The notes under the pieces: model-generated
The model's input: the letters and a program-made list of their open reading frames with translations, nothing else
Told to the model about the DNA's origin: nothing
The model's database searches: none
Translations under genes and position numbers: made by a program
Source: Planctomycetota bacterium
Lineage (GTDB): Bacteria > Planctomycetota > B15-G4
DNA: 64,000 bases
NCBI GenBank assembly: GCA_965248575.1
Contig: CBDFJQ010000002.1
Span: forward strand, 960,001 to 1,024,000
Reading direction: 5' to 3'
Shown: in pieces, positions 64,000-64,000 of the stretch
Layout: each line of letters starts with the position of its first letter
Numbering within the stretch: the stretch's first letter is position 1

Positions 64000-64000
64000 G

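Overview
High-GC bacterial chromosomal window, most likely Planctomycetota. The assignment is inferred from an H-X9-DG prepilin, a CRTAC1/ASPIC-like FG-GAP protein, a Sua5-LMW phosphatase fusion, dksA-lspA synteny and the LPS gene waaA. Most of the window is housekeeping: uvrB, uvrC, xerD, dksA-like, lspA, pyrD, secA, waaA, metK (four single-base indels), pyk, dcd, sucCD, tatA, mobA, polyprenyl synthase, rhomboid, serS, PTS IIA, rpsU, rpiB, dnaK and purN. It also carries a type II secretion cluster (gspDEFG plus three minor pseudopilins, with no C/K/L/M), a sensorless kinase plus sigma-54 activator upstream of a sigma-54-like dnaK promoter, a GldA/F/G-like ABC module, and a B12-radical SAM/GT9/B12-radical SAM/GT-C-TPR-FG-GAP envelope-modification cluster. 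I saw no rRNA, tRNA, CRISPR array or transposase. The best leads for undescribed biology are: (1) a roughly 115-aa C-terminal domain shared by two different proteins, with its terminal motif recurring in a third, which may be a sorting or anchoring signal linked to the T2SS and to a shared ECF-like promoter motif; (2) the radical SAM-glycosyltransferase cluster; (3) a DksA fused to histone-like KKAVA repeats. All family calls come from motif recognition by eye, with no database searches.
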